Below are positions 9,986 through 23,570 of a stretch of DNA of 64,000 bases, in pieces. The position numbers and the translations under genes were made by a program. Position 1 is the first letter of the stretch. Every line of letters begins with the position of its first letter. Origin of the DNA: Vicugna vicugna (taxonomy: Eukaryota); contig MU058669.1 in the NCBI GenBank assembly GCA_013265495.1, forward strand, positions 1,100,234 to 1,164,233. Direction: 5' to 3'. The notes under the pieces were generated by a model, which did no database searches, was not told the DNA's origin, and was given only the letters and a program-made list of their open reading frames with translations.

Positions 9986-12904
9986 CAGGGAGGCCAGAAG
10001 GCAGTGAGATAAGATACTCAGAGTACTGAAAGAAAAAGTCTGTCAACCAAGAATTCTTATCTCTAGCAAAGCTGTCCTTCAAAAATGAAGGAGAAATTAA
10101 TATACTTCCAGATAAACAAAAACAGAATTCATTACCAATAAACCTGGCCTGCACAAAATACTAAAAGAAGTCCTTCAGACCAATATGAAAGGACACTAGA
10201 TAGTAAGTAGCTTGAATCCACATGTAACTACATAGGTAAATATAAGACAGCAAAAATGTCTTATATTTAAAATAGTAAATACTATTTTATTCTAAATAAT
10301 AAAAAGTATTTGTAACTCTTTTTTCCTACATAATTTAAAATAAAAAGACAATTGCATAAAGCAAAAATTATAAATCTGTGTTGATGGGCACCCAGTGTAT
10401 AAAGATGAAATTTGTGTAACAATTACAACATAGAAGAGAGAGAGAGGGTGGAGCTATATAGGAACAATGTGTTGTAAACTATTAAAATTCAGTTGATACT
10501 AATATATCAAAGATACACATGTAAGAACTCAAGTTATAAAACTCTTAGAAGAAAACATAGTGGTAAATTTTGATAATCTTGGATTAGACAGTGACTTCTT
10601 AGATATGATAACAATATAAGAAGAAACCACAGAGAAATATAAATGTGTATATATATTATATATATATATATACATATACACATAGTAAGTAGTAGTATAT
10701 ATATTTAAATAAATGCATATATTACACATTGTCAAAGTTAACACTTTTTTGCATCAAGGATACCACCAAGAAAGTGAAAAAGAAACCTAAGTGGAATAAA
10801 ACTTCCACACGTTATGTATCTGATAGGGTTTGAGTAATTACAGATAGAGGAATTCTTACAAATCATCAATAAAGACAAATAACCCCAATTGAAAAAATGG
10901 ATAAAAGATTTGAATAGACAGTTCTCCAAAGAAGATATATAAATGAAAAGATGCTCAGTATCATTATTTAGTAAGGAAATGCAAATCAAAAGTACAAGGA
11001 GATACCATTCATACCCAGTAGGATGGATATAACCAAAAAGACAGACAGTAGGAAGTGTTTATGAGGAGGTGGAAAAATTGGAACCCTTATACATTACTGG
11101 TGTGAATGTAAAATTGTACAACTACTTTGGAAAATAGTTTGGCAGTTCCTCAAAAGTTAAACATAGACTTACCATATGACCCAGCAATTGCATTTCTAGG
11201 TATATAACCAAGGCAATTGAAAACATATGCCATATAAAAATTTGTACATATTTATAGCAAAGTATTCATAATAGCCAAAAATGAACAGCTCCAATGTCCA
11301 TCAGCTGTTGAATAGATAAACAAAATGTAACATATTATACAATGGAACATTATGCATCTGTAAACAAGGAACGCAGTACTGATGCATAGAACCATATGGA
11401 TGAGCCTTGAAAACATTATGCTAAGTGAAAGAAACTAGAGACAGATGCCACTTATTGTATTATTTCATTTATGTGAAAATACTGGAGAGACAGAAAATAA
11501 GTTAGTTTCCCAGGGGCTGGAGTACGGAGAGGGGAAGGAGGAATGGAGAATGAATGCTAATGAGTATAGGGTTTCTTGTTGGAGAGATGAAAATATTCTG
11601 GAACTAGATAGTGATGATGTTGTACAACTTCGTGAATATACTAAAACCCACTGAATTGTGCACTTTAAAAGGATGAATTGTGTGATATGTGGATTACATT
11701 TAAAAAAATGTAACTTTCACTATTATACTATTTGTACAGGTCCAGGAAAGGGATTTCCGTTAACCTATTCACTGAGGTGGACTGATTCTTCATGGAATAG
11801 TCAACAAAATAGTGTGGAGATGGATAAATCTGGTTCATATAGTTTATAAATGAAGAATTTGAATGTTATAATCAGATTAATATGGAAATTGGGTATCCTG
11901 GGTTCTTTTTAGCTCAGCCATCATTAGGGCATGGTAAACAGATTTAAAATTTCATGCTAATTTTAATTGGAAGTGGCTGCCGAGATTGTTGTGTTGAAAA
12001 GGATTCTGAGGTTCAGTTCAGGCTTTACAGGGAATGGGTGGTAATTGCCATGGGATAGTGTTGGCACACATATCATAGTATTACTGCTTCCGTAAGTCAT
12101 TTTGTAACTTGGGACAGATGTCTTCAAAATACATGTTAGACAGATTCTCAGAGAGCTGTGTTGAGTGATCTTTAAGCACCGCTTAGTTTTTTTTAAAGCT
12201 TTGTGATTATATGATGTAATGATTCAATTCCACTTTGAAATACATGATGTATACAATTTAAAAAAGGATTTTAAAAATAAGCAATGTGAGTAGCAAGCAG
12301 GCACAGTCTGAAATATTTGAGCTGGAGGAGTATATAAATAGCTGTGGTCCATGATCTTGCCTTGTTCTTTTCTAAATACAGTGCTTCTCAGTGCTAGCAT
12401 TTAATTATGCACTGTACTTGGATAAAAATGGGCATTAGGAAAGATTAGCTTTTATGATGGATATGTGGGGTCCTAAATATGGCTTAAATCTTTGCTAATG
12501 CAATTGGAAGACTAACAACCCACAGATGAATGCTCATTTCTTATGAAAGTGTGTTGGGATATATTTGCTCTTGTATTATTTGAAGACAGATCTACATGCA
12601 GTCAGTACAAACTTTAGCACATGACAAGATGGATGCTGTAGGCGTCTAAGAGGTCTCTATTTCTAGACCGAAATGTTCCATAAATCATTCCAACTCACTC
12701 ACCTTGCCCCTGTCTTACCAGAGATTATACTCTGTTCCAGTGATAGCTTAGAATGGCAACTTTCAAGCTTTCTTCTCCCTCAATATATGGAGCATATAAT
12801 ATTCAAATGAGTGACACACTTCCATTGGGGCATGCACAAATTTCCATGGGGATAGATTTCAGTACAAACCTCTCCCCTCTCACTCAAGAATAATGACAAT
12901 GATG

Positions 12905-13170
12905 ATAATGACAACACTTACTAATATCTATGTAGCACGCTATTGTTCAGAAGTTTGTATATATTAGTGTATTTAATTCAGAACATCCCTATGAGATAGT
13001 ATTCATTATTGTTATTCAAAATTCTATGATGAGGTACAACGGAGGCACAGAGAGGTTAAAGAACTTACCCAAGATCACACATCTAATAGGTAGCAGCTCT
13101 AAGATTCAAATCCATGCTATCTGTTCAGGTGACCATCTTTCTAACCAGTTGACTCTACTGCCTCCTAGAT
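12905..13170 (-). mobile_element. MIR SINE
   Basis: 'gaggcacagagaggttaaagaacttacccaagatcacacatcta...attcaaatcc'. Confidence 0.85.
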
Positions 13171-13819
13171 GTGTGCTAATGAGAGGGCTGTTACCATAAG
13201 GTGACTATAAATCCAGCTTGGTGCATGGAAAAGGAAGTAATTTATAAACTATAGTAGTCTATCTACTGACAGCAATGAATTATTAGAAATGGGTCTTGGA
13301 AACTACCTTACAGAGGACTGTGACTGCAGTGTGTCGCAATATTGTGGTTCACAGACCATGGCCTTGAGTATTCATTTCCAGTCTCTGTCCTGTGAACCCA
13401 GTACTCATCTGCCTAACCAGTATTTCTTCTTTTTGTGTAGCATTCTCCACCCATTCCCATTTCTTGTATCACTGAGCCCTGTAATGGATGTTCTTACTGT
13501 GGACCCACTGTGCTTTTGACTATTCCCTTTTGTTCCAGAGATCTTATCCCTGATCAGCTTATCATATTAATGTATAGGATGTGCTTATCCCACTACCAGA
13601 AAAGAATTTCTGTTCATTCTGCACTACTCCAGACACAACAGGAATATCACATCCAGCTAAAAAGCAGAGGTTATGTCTTCTTTCCTTTGTCTATAAGTCA
13701 CGTTTGTTTTAGAGTTACCTGTCCCTCCCTCCCTCTCATAAGCCTCCTTCCAGTGTGCTCCTAGCCCCAGGGGTATAGACATGATTCACTGGGGCATAAG
13801 AAAATGTTCTCTGTTACAG

Positions 13820-14185
13820 TGTTCTGGGGATAGGAACATGATCTAAGTAAGTAAGACCAGTTGCAATTCTCCCGTGAGATTTTAACTGAAATTGGTGGGA
13901 AAGAACTTTCTTTGGTCTCTAGCTACATAACTCTGAGTATAAAAGCTACATAGAAATGATCATGAATTTCTGGGGATGTCAGATTTTAGGATGAAGCCAA
14001 AGGGGGGATAAAAAGCAGAAGAGAGAGAGAAAGAGCCCTTGTGTCATCCAAGTGCCCCGCTCCAGCTGTCTCTTTCTCTTCCCTTCTGGAAATTGGATTA
14101 CATGAGACAACGTATCCCCCTTCTTCGGCATAAACTGGTTGAATTTGGGTATCTATCACTTTCCACAAAGAGATTTAACTAATAC
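13820..14185 (+). mobile_element. MLT1 (J/I-like) MaLR LTR
   Basis: 'gatgaagccaa...gggtatctatcactttccacaaagagatttaactaataca' 3' end. Confidence 0.6.
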
Positions 14186-14345
14186 AAACGGACATGAGAA
14201 AGGATATTGACATCTAGGAATAGTCCTGTCACGGAGCAGAAAAAGCAGAAAACTCGACCACGCAAAGGAAGACTGCAAGACACTTAATCAGAAGAGATTT
14301 GGAGTAGCTGTCTTTAAATATTAAAAAGGCTGAGTACTAGATACC

Positions 14346-14868
14346 TGTAACTGTGTAACAGTTCAGAGCTCAGCAGCTGAAACCAGTCCCTGTGTGTTAC
14401 CTTCCACAGTTTCTGAGGGTCAGGAATCTGGGCGCAGCATAACTGGGTGTTTCTGCCTCAGCGTCTTCCATGAAGTTGCAGTTAAAATGTTGGCAGTGAC
14501 CGCAGTCATCTGAAGGCTTGGCTGGCAATGGAAGATCCACTTCCCAAACAGCTCACCCAGAAGGCTTTTGGCAGGGGATTCAGTGCTTCGCCGTGTCGAC
14601 CTCTCTGTAGGGTTTCCTAAGTGTCCTCACGACCTGGCAGCTGGTTTTCCCCAGAGTGAGTAATCCAAGAGAAAAAGGCAGAAACTGCAGTGTCTTTTAT
14701 GACCTAGTCTTGAAAGTGACATTCTGCCATTTCCGTACTGTTTCGTTAGATACATAACTCAACCCTGTTTATTCAATGTGGGAGGAGACTACACAACGGT
14801 GTGAACACACTTTATTGATTATGAGGCAGGGGTCATGGAGGGGGTCATCTTGGAGGGTGGATCCCACA
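14346..14868 (-). mobile_element. MLT1F-like MaLR LTR
   Basis: 'cacagtttctgagggtcaggaatctgggcgcagc...gcagtcatctgaaggcttg...ttttatgacctagtcttgaaagtgaca'. Confidence 0.8.
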
Positions 14869-15261
14869 GGTCATCACTTGGAATAGACTTTGAAGATATT
14901 TTGTATAGATTCAGAAGAGAAATTGGCCACCAATGGAAGATTCCAATGGATTCTGACTCCGTAAAAATAAAGTCAGCATTGTAGAGGGGTGACCCTGAAG
15001 CAGAACAAAACGAAAATGAAGACAAAAACAGAAACTCCCACTACGTCTGAATGGAATGTGTTCCCTAACATGGAAAGGAACAGCAGAGGTCACTATTTTA
15101 AGTGAGATTAAAGAAAGGAGCTTGACTTTACATGAGTTACAAAAGACAGGGTGTAGTAGTAGATGACTTCTGAGATTTCTTTTATTCTCAAAATTTTATG
15201 ATGTGACAGTAGTCCACAGATAGATCTTTCTTCATTTAACTCTGAAAACACCTTTTATCAG

Positions 15262-15660
15262 ATGTTGTGAAACCCTGCCCATATGCCCTTGGTCTACCCT
15301 GGGGGTTACTGGTAGACAGTTTCTGTGTATGATTTTTATATCTCTCTTTCTGCAGTTGTTTTCTGGCTAAGAAAACCCCTTAACCAGTGAAAGGCAGGAG
15401 TTATATGATAGCTATCGTATCACTATATGATAAGTGCCACAGCTTCCCCGCCCTTCTGGTGGGGTAACTCTAAGCCATCATGTCCCCAAGATCCCCCTGT
15501 GATAACCCTGTAGGTAACACATCGATTACTGACTTGTATCACTTCCATCTCTTACTCCCTCACTCCGTATAGTGTTTCCTGGAATCACCAACAAATTAAG
15601 CTATTCATGTCCAAATGCTTCTTTCAAGTCTCTTTTTGGGGGAACTTAAACGGAAAGATC
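15262..15660 (+). mobile_element. LTR16-like ERVL LTR
   Basis: 3' end 'gtgtttcctggaatcacc...aaattaagctattcatgtccaaat...ctttttgggggaac'. Confidence 0.55.
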
Positions 15661-15992
15661 CCTCTATTCCGATCTTACAACTGAGCACTCTATTTCGTAG
15701 TTCTGGTTATTTTGATATAAATGCACTCAATATATAAGCCTCCTACTCTTGAGCAACATATTTTATGTTTTTTGTTTTCTCACACCCCAGTTATAGGCTC
15801 CATCTCACACGTAGACCAGAGAAGAAATCCCAGTGTGGTTGGTAGCTCAGACGCAGCGTGCTGGCACTGGATTAAAAATCAGAAGACTAGGTGTCTCGTA
15901 ATTCTGTTTCTCTCTAGCCTGTGATCTTCTGCAAGTCACTTGCCCTCCCTGGGCAACAGTCTGCTCACATTTAACTAAAGGTTGGTCTAAAT

Positions 15993-16181
15993 CAGTGGTC
16001 CTTAAACATTTTGAGCCCTTTAAAAACACCAGTACAAGTTTTATGCTCTCTTCCCTAGGGAAAAATGAATGCACATGAACATAAATGAATCTGTGCCTAC
16101 TTTCTGATTATTAATGAAGCCACTGAAGCCTGTCCCTGGCCTCTAGGTAGAGCTCTGTGGACCCCAGGTTATAATCTTTTG
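15993..16181 (+). mobile_element. MER117-like hAT-Charlie MITE
   Basis: cagtggtcctt...gtggaccccaggttataatc; TSD gtctaaat/gtctagac. Confidence 0.65.
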
Positions 16182-17169
16182 GTCTAGACGCTGAAACTTC
16201 TCTATAAATTTCAACACTTATGAGTCAATGAGTAATTGATTAAAGAGATAATGATTTCTTCTAGACTGAGATTTCTCAATAAAGCAACCTTCGAGCTAAA
16301 ATCCAGCTGCTTTATTAAACCTGACATTAGATTCAATATCCAATCTATTAGAAATTCATGTTTGTTCTCCCAGATACTGTAGCTTCTCTGGGAAAAAAAA
16401 AATAGTCATCACTGCCGAGAGACACAAGAAAGAGTATCTCTCAGACCAAATCCATATCAACAGTTGGTATTTTTCTTAAGCTGATGGACTACTTCCAGAA
16501 GTCATGTGATTTCCTAAAATAAACTTCTTCACCTGACCAAACTGCTGAAAGGGAAGAGCAGGGCAGGAAATTCAATCCTACTTCTCAGGAGTAGAAATAA
16601 TGTCTGTACCACTTTGACAGAGTCTGGCTGAAGTCTCCTCTCTGCTGTCACAAAGGAAAACGATCTTAAATCAGGACCTAGAAGAGTATAGGAGGGAAAA
16701 ACGTTTCAGGCCATACACAGTACCCCATTTCATGCACCACATTGCTTTCTCCACAATCAGCTGCGTCTTTTCTGTTGTGCCCCCAGAAGAAATATCAATC
16801 CAAATTCTTATGGAACTGACCCATAGAACTTCAGAGGATCAGCCTAGTTTTGGATGTTCAGAGAGATCGTCAGCTACAGCATCCAGCTATGGGTCCTTTG
16901 TGTTTCATCCGGTTAGAAGGCTTCCATGATTGCTACTCATCTAAAGCAGCGTCTGAATATTTAGTCTGACTTGACTGAAAACTAAACAGGCTTGCAATTA
17001 TGGAAGCAGAGATGAGGTAGTAATTGTTACTAGCCAGTTGTTTTTAAATAATTGGCTTATTTCCGTCAAGGAACGGGGATTTCAACATGCAACATTGGCT
17101 TAAACTTTTAAAATAACCAGATGTCAACTTGTTTGGCTTAACTGCTTCAACTGGGGACAATAAACATAG

Positions 17170-17415
17170 GATCAGTGTAGCACAGAGGTTCTGAGCATGA
17201 ATTTAAGAAACAGGTAAACTTGAAGTCAAATGCTCAGTTTACATGTATCAACCAAGTGACACTGTGTAAGTTCCCTAACATCTGTGAGTCTCAGTTTTCA
17301 CACCTGGGAGTGCTTTTCTCCTTGCAGCTTTGTGGAAGGATTTAAATGCATGCAAAAACATCCTCACCAGTGCCTGGAGCACAACAAACACTCAAAGAGT
17401 AAATGTTGTTGTCTT
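17170..17415 (+). mobile_element. MIR SINE
   Basis: 'taacatctgtgagtctcagttttcacacctg...cagtgcctggagcaca...taaatgttg'. Confidence 0.75.
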
Positions 17416-18129
17416 TATTTAAAATACGCAGTAATTTTAATCTTATTATTTGTATTTTTTTCATATAGTAAAAAACGTTCCCAAGAATGAGCTGTAGCAA
17501 AGTGCTTGTCTCCGCTTGGGCAAAGTTCTAGCTCTGGTTGGAAGGTGCAGGGGCTCAGCTGGTTTAGACAGGCTGAGCGTGCTGTGCGGAGAGCAGGGAC
17601 GAGCAGAAGACAGGAACAGGTGTTGGCAGCTACTCTGTCACAGCAAAGAAGTACCCAGTCACGCAGTGTGCAGCTAGGGGAACTTAAAGGAACCCTGAAA
17701 AACAGAAACACAGAACTAGAACAATACCAGGAGGAGACAGCTCTGTTCCACTGAGCCCTTTCTCAAGCACAGAGGACATCAGCTTTAAATATAGAGCTGG
17801 TAGACCCCTCTCACCAGTGGGATCCTAGGTAAGAACTGGGAATGGGAGATCTTAGCATGAGACTGTGTGATAGTCATCTATTTAAGAGGTCTAATGTGAG
17901 ACTTCTGAGTTGAGCCAGTTGCTGCTTTATCTGTGAAATCTACTGTCCTGCACCACTCCACCCCGAGTTTCTTACTTTCCCTTCTCTGCTCAGATAGCAT
18001 TTTATACCTCTCCATCGACCACTCATCCCAGTGGATTTAAAGGTGTCTTTACACAGACATCTCCCTTAGACTGTAAATGATTGGATAAGCAGTCATGCTT
18101 GTTTTACTCACCTCCTCTTGACCCAACAG

Positions 18130-18640
18130 TGAGGGAAGGATTCCCACCTTAGGGTTGCAGGGATGACGGAACACATGCCACCTGACACTGGAGACGTGAA
18201 ATTGATACTTTATTTGTCACATCTATTCACAGTATGGCGAAGGCAGCTGCACACCATGCGGGCCACACGGGGGTCATGCTCGGGAGCAGAGTGAACACAC
18301 AGGGACTGTGGGAGGCAGGTTTTGTAGTATTAAGATGGGGAGATGCCCCTTGATTTCCATGAGACGATGTGGTTCCTTGCTTGAATAGTTCTGTGCACTA
18401 GCAAGGAACTGAAACTTGCTACTCAGGGATAATCCAGAATGGTGCCTGGTCCCCTTGACAGGGAGGGTTGTTTGGCTGGGGAGCCTTATTTGTGGGAGGA
18501 GATGAGGATAATTTCTGGTTGGGCCATTTGAGGCCCTCCTGCAGAGGGGTTTTGGTACTGTGGCTGGCTGAGGGGTGACCAGGAGCACCAGTAAAGAGAG
18601 GCAGCTCCAGGAGAGCAAAACCTGGCAGTAATAGCCCTAG
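18130..18640 (-). mobile_element. ERVL-class LTR (MER74/76/88-like)
   Basis: 'accatgcgggccacacgggggtc...gggactgtgggaggcaggttttgtagt...aggaactgaaacttgctactcagggataa'; subfamily uncertain. Confidence 0.55.
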
Positions 18641-18658
18641 GCCAATGTTCCACAGAAC

Positions 18659-18850
18659 AGGCTCTCCAACACCTGCCTCCCAATCGCCTGGGATCCTGTT
18701 AGAAATGCAGAGCCCTGGTTGCCTTAACAATCCTGCTAAGTCAGATTCCCTTGGGAGTTATGCAGGGTTGGGAATTCAGTTGTAGAGAATTAGTATTTTA
18801 TTAAGCTCCCCAGATGATTCTTTTGCACACTGGGCAATTGCCATTGCCCT
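18659..18850. mobile_element. MER5-family hAT-Charlie MITE
   Basis: 'gttagaaatgcaga...aagctccccagatgattct'. Confidence 0.6.
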
Positions 18851-20626
18851 GGGCAAATCCTGGGGGTGGAAAATATGTCCTAAGCATATCCAGGAGGTGA
18901 ACAGTTTCACCTAGGGCTCTACCTACTCCCCTGCAAAAGTAGAGTTGACTTAGAGATCTCAGTACTGTGTACTATGTGATAATAACCACATGGGCTTTGT
19001 GGTTTTTTACCACCGAGTCCTCCATAGCCCATTCCATCCTTCATTCCTCCCCCCACTTCCTTCTTTTCTTCCTTCCTTCCCTCCCCATTGTTCCTCATTG
19101 CTTCCCTGTTTTTTCATTCTTTCCTTCTCTTCATTCTCTAGACATTTAGTAACATCCACAGTGTGCAGGTATTGTGCTAACTAATATGAGAGTTACAGAG
19201 ATGTCATTTATATTAGTTCCTGCCTTCTAGGAACTTACAGTCTACATAAGGAGATAACACTAAAACATCAACAAATAGGATTGGAGGCAAACTATTCTCT
19301 GAGCCCCAAGGGAAATGTATGGTGAGCATTTAGAGAATAAAAGAATCCCATCTTCCTGAACAAGGTAAGTGTAGAATCAGGAAAGGCATCCTGAAAGAGG
19401 GACACTTGGTAGAACTCTTAAATACAGGCAGAATTTGGTTATGGGGAAGGAGGCATCCAGAGTGGGAGAAATAAAGGCAGAGAACATGGAGAGTTGGGGC
19501 CGAGGAGGACCGATTCTGCTTGGCTGTAGGAGCAATGTTGAGGGGAGGTAGTGGAGCCTTGGGTGAAAAAGGTTGACCCTTCTAAACACTCCTCAGGATT
19601 CAAGGAGAATTTGTTTTATGCATTGTCCTAAAATGTTCTAGAGCTTTTTTTTTTTTAATAGTACTCCACTAAAAAGGAAAAAAAAGTATAGAAAAGCTGC
19701 CTGATACTTTTTAATCTGTGGTAGAGAGATTGTGCTGTACTGAGTTTTAGCCAATAAAAAAAATGGTTTGAGGAAAGAGTAGCAATGACATTTACATTAG
19801 TTGTAGCTAATGTGCATTGATGGAATTAAAATATGACATTATGAATTTGAAAAAAAGGTGTCTGTTAGAAAGTGAAATGCCATTGCTTTCAGGGAGGAGA
19901 GAAATAAAGTAAGCAGTCTGGATTCTGTTTTGCCTGAATGTTCTAGGTTTAGTGGGAATAGGGTCATTGATTTAAGCTCTTTCCTTAAAATGCATTAATA
20001 AAACACAATTTTAAAGTTAAGTAGAAACCATTTGGGACTTTTTTTCCCAAGGATGTATTATTTGTACATGCATAATGCATATACCCTCAGTGTCCACCTC
20101 AGTTAGTTTTAAAAGCACAGTTTCTATGTAAAACAATTTATCCATTGCGTTGTGCAATTGAAAAATGTCTGCTTGTTTGTACAAGGAGCCAGGTTCTGTG
20201 AATCAATGCAGGTAATAAATTACAATCACTGTCACTTTCAAAGCCACAAGGCATGGTCTCAGCCTATGCCAGGGATGCCACTAAACTGAGTGGCTCTGTC
20301 CTGGGCCTGTCTGTTGGCTGGTTAAAGAACCCCAGGTGTTGCAGGGGACTGAGAGTTCTTCTGTTGGTGGACTCAGGGTGCTGTAGGGCAGCTGCCAAAT
20401 TCTGGGCTTGTAGTTTGAAATTGTCAGAAAAACAAGAAAAGAAAAATCCTGATCATAAAGATCCTGCTATCAGGTGAAAAATACACATGTTCTCTAGACT
20501 AGGTAAACATTTTCTTGAGCTGAAGACTCAGATAAACGTAAACGTTAAAAAGGGAGCCTGCTTAAATGTTTCTTCTTCTCCCTAATTATGTAAATACATA
20601 TTACTCACTCCCTTTTTTCTTCCAAG

Positions 20627-20653
20627 CTGCTGGCAGCTCGTACACTTGAAAAG
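20627..20653 (+). CDS. Candidate 27-nt microexon (phase-0 reading LLAARTLEK); host gene unidentified
   Basis: Branch-like tactcac, pyrimidine tract and AG (ctcccttttttcttccaag), 27 nt with two open frames, donor AAG|gtatgt; lies in ~1.2 kb of repeat-free sequence. Confidence 0.45.
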
Positions 20654-20929
20654 GTATGTTTTATTCAAGAGAACAAAACAGGCAGGGACATAAGACTTTG
20701 GTGAATAATAAATTGATTTTGACTTGGCCTTTTAGCTCATTATGAATCTTTAAAATGGTGAAATGTGTTTCTTTTCCCTCTCTGCTGAACTCCTCAGTCA
20801 TCTGCTGAGATGATGGGGTTCAAGCTAGGAGGTTTAATATCCAGAAGGGAAAGCTGGGATTGAAAGGAAATCTTGAGCTTGGATTCGAAGGAGATAATGT
20901 TGTGTTTCTATCCACCATTCATTTCATTC

Positions 20930-20998
20930 ATCCATCCTTCCTTCCTTCCTTCCTTCCTTCCTTCCTTCCTTCCATCCATCCATCCATCCATCCATCCA
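20930..20998 (+). repeat. Compound microsatellite (CTTC)n(CATC)n
   Basis: Direct reading. Confidence 0.95.
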
Positions 20999-21029
20999 AT
21001 CATCTGCTCATTTGTCGTTTCTCTGTAAC

Positions 21030-21270
21030 AGTTAAGATCATTGCCATTGGCTCTGGGGGCAGCCAGACAGAATTCAAAACGTAGCTCTGCCAGTTAAGAT
21101 CAGTGTGATACTGAGAAACTCCTTGAAGACTCAGTGTCCTGACCTCTAAAATGGATAACATTAATATCTGCACTTCAGATTGTGAGGAATAAATTAGACA
21201 TGTAGATAAAGAATTTACTTAAACTTTGTGCAGTGATTGGCTAGTACACTTTTAGTAAATGGTTATTTTA
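21030..21270 (+). mobile_element. MIR SINE
   Basis: 'ggctctgggggcagccagacagaattcaaaacgtagctctgcca...ctcagtgtcctgacctctaaaatgg'. Confidence 0.7.
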
Positions 21271-22384
21271 ACTCAATTGATGTGTGGCACACACTGGACT
21301 GAATATAACAGGAATCTCATGTAGAGCTGCCACTCAAGAGTTTTATAGTTTAGTATGGAAGATAAGATGTGTACCCATGCGACTTTAGAGTAAGGCCGGG
21401 AATGATGAGATTGATAAATTATCAGACGTAGGACTCTGTTAGTTCAAAAGGGGTCAACTTTCCAGCTGTGGGGAGAAGATGAGGCTCTGGGGTAGGGGTG
21501 TTATGGAGCTGTATTTAGAGGATATGCAGGGTCTGTAACAAAAGAGGTTAGCAGAGGAAGGATTCTATCACATACTGTCTACCTATCATGAAGCTGCTCC
21601 TCTAGTGGAACTCCACTTACATTATTTCCCTTAGTCCTCCTTACAATGTGTACCATGATTGGCTGTCCTAGAGTGATTGACATTATTATGCCATCTTGTT
21701 GCAGCTTACAGAAGCAGAATGACATACTCAGGTTCACACAAACATGTTTAAAACCTAGTTACCTCGATGGTACGAAGACAGTCACAGCATCCTCCTTGAA
21801 GAATGGCTATGATGATTAGATGAAATAATACCTCAGAGTGTCTAGCAAAATGTGAATGCACACATAGTAGTTGGAATATTGTTTGGGGGATGAAGCTGAT
21901 AAATAATGATCATTATGAAGCAGTTAACGATGTGGTGGAGGTCACAAATCTGATTCAAGTTTGAATTTGAACAGTATATTCTTTTCATGGAGAAAACTAG
22001 GAAGAGATTAGTTGAAAGTGGAGAAAATGAAGAAGAAATTGGTTGAGGTCATGATTTCATATATCAGTGGAGGGAATACGTTTTATTACAGGGGATGCCC
22101 AGACCTAGTTTGGGAAGAGGGTTTTCTCATGGAATCCCAAATTGTCAGCAATAGGAACTACCTCAGAAATTGTCCAATGTTATAATTTTCAGATAGGGAT
22201 TTGAGGTTCAGAGTAGTTAAGTCACTTTCCCAAGGTGACACAGCTTGTAGGGCAGATCTTGGTTAAGGCTGTAGCCTTGAGTTCTAAACCTACAGAGAAG
22301 CTTTTCCTAAATTATAGATGGTTGTGTTCCCTTAAAGTCTAGCTTAGCCTTCACCCCGTCTCCCCACTAATTGTTTCTCTAACA

Positions 22385-22710
22385 CACTGTTGTCCAACAG
22401 GAGTACAATCCAAATGTGAGCCACATAGGTAATTTAAAAATCTTTCAGTAGCCATATTCTAAAAAGTAAAGAATAATAGGTGAAATTTATTTTAGTCATA
22501 CATGTTTCTTAGCCCAATATGTACAAAATATTATCAGTATATCAAAATAAAATACTGCAATTAGGTAAATATTTTACATGTCTTTCTTCATGCTAAGTCT
22601 TCAAAATCTGGTGCATGTGTTATAATTGTAGCACATCTCAGCTTGGACTGGCACCATTCCAAGTGCTTAGTAGCCACACGTGACTGACTGATCAGCTGCG
22701 TGGCACAGCT
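22385..22710. mobile_element. MER33-like hAT-Charlie element
   Basis: 'tgtgagccacataggtaattt...ctaagtcttcaaaatctggtg...caagtgcttagtagccacacgtg'. Confidence 0.8.
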
Positions 22711-22839
22711 CTCTCACACATCTCACTGCTCTAACAGACATGTCTCACAGCTGTCACTGCCACCACCTTCACCACCACCATCATCCCCCCCTCACAGCTC
22801 TCATAGACATTCAGTGATCCCCATGATGGGGCTGTCACT

Positions 22840-23570
22840 CTGTGGACACTTCTGGTCTTTAGAAAGCTGCTTCTTACTGACCTGTAATCTGACCCCTTGA
22901 AACATATTCATGTTTGGCCCAGTCCCACCTCTTGGAGCCATATTATTTCTCTTCTGTGATCCAGCATTTCATTTCCATGCAGCATTTCACTCCATGCGAG
23001 TGTCCTGAGTGAATCGTTTTAGTTCAATACCCTTAGTACTTTCAATCATTTCTCAAGGGCAGGGCTTTGGACGTCTTCTTCATTCAGTACTTTGTTTTGA
23101 ATGTGCTTTATATTTTTGTGTCCTGGGCACAAATGAACCTGACATTCCAAGGGAGGCCTGGCCAATACAGATAGGTCTAACATTTCCTTCAATTTAAATA
23201 TTCCATTACTTCTAACGTACATAATGCACGTTTAAAAGGATTAACTTTTCTGTTTGTCAGCCTCATCACATTGTTTAATATGGCATTTATTGCCTGTTAA
23301 ATCTCCCTAAGTATATTCACGTGGGCTATTTCTAAGCTCTATATCTCCTGCCTTGAATCTGTGCCATTGGTGTTTGAACTCCAGGGTAGAAATTTCCATT
23401 TTTGTTTAATTTAATCTAGGTATATTCAGCTCACAATTCTGACATATGAGGATGTAGCGTCTATCATTCTGTGAATTCTCTGTCCTTTTCTGCTTGGCAT
23501 TCTTAAGTGTGATAAGCACACTTTCTACAGCATCATCCAAAGAATTAATTAACATGCTGTTTGGGGCAGG
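22840..23570 (-). mobile_element. L3/CR1 LINE fragment
   Basis: 'gaacctgacattccaagggaggcctggccaatacag...cagcctcatcacattg...catcatccaaagaattaat' resembles the reverse-strand CR1 RT region. Confidence 0.5.

Larger units (their letters stand above)
8760..11708 (+). mobile_element. Old L1M (L1MB-like 3' end) with ORF1 remnants and a heavily deleted ORF2
   Basis: ORF1-like 'tgtcaaccaagaattcttatctctagcaaagctgtccttcaaaaatgaaggagaaat'; 3' end 'gatgaaaatattctggaactagatagtgatgat...actgaattgtgcactttaaaagg'. Confidence 0.85.

Noticed and set aside
16787..16911. Acceptor-like site (cttttctgttgtgcccccag) inside ORF 16732-16929
   Set aside because: Only a weak donor (ccg|gttaga), 125 nt, and no recognisable peptide.
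22961..22997. Short tandem duplication cagcatttca..tccatg (similar cases at 9746-9768 and 58896-58931)
   Set aside because: Two-copy slippage duplications; no spacer-repeat array, so nothing CRISPR-like.
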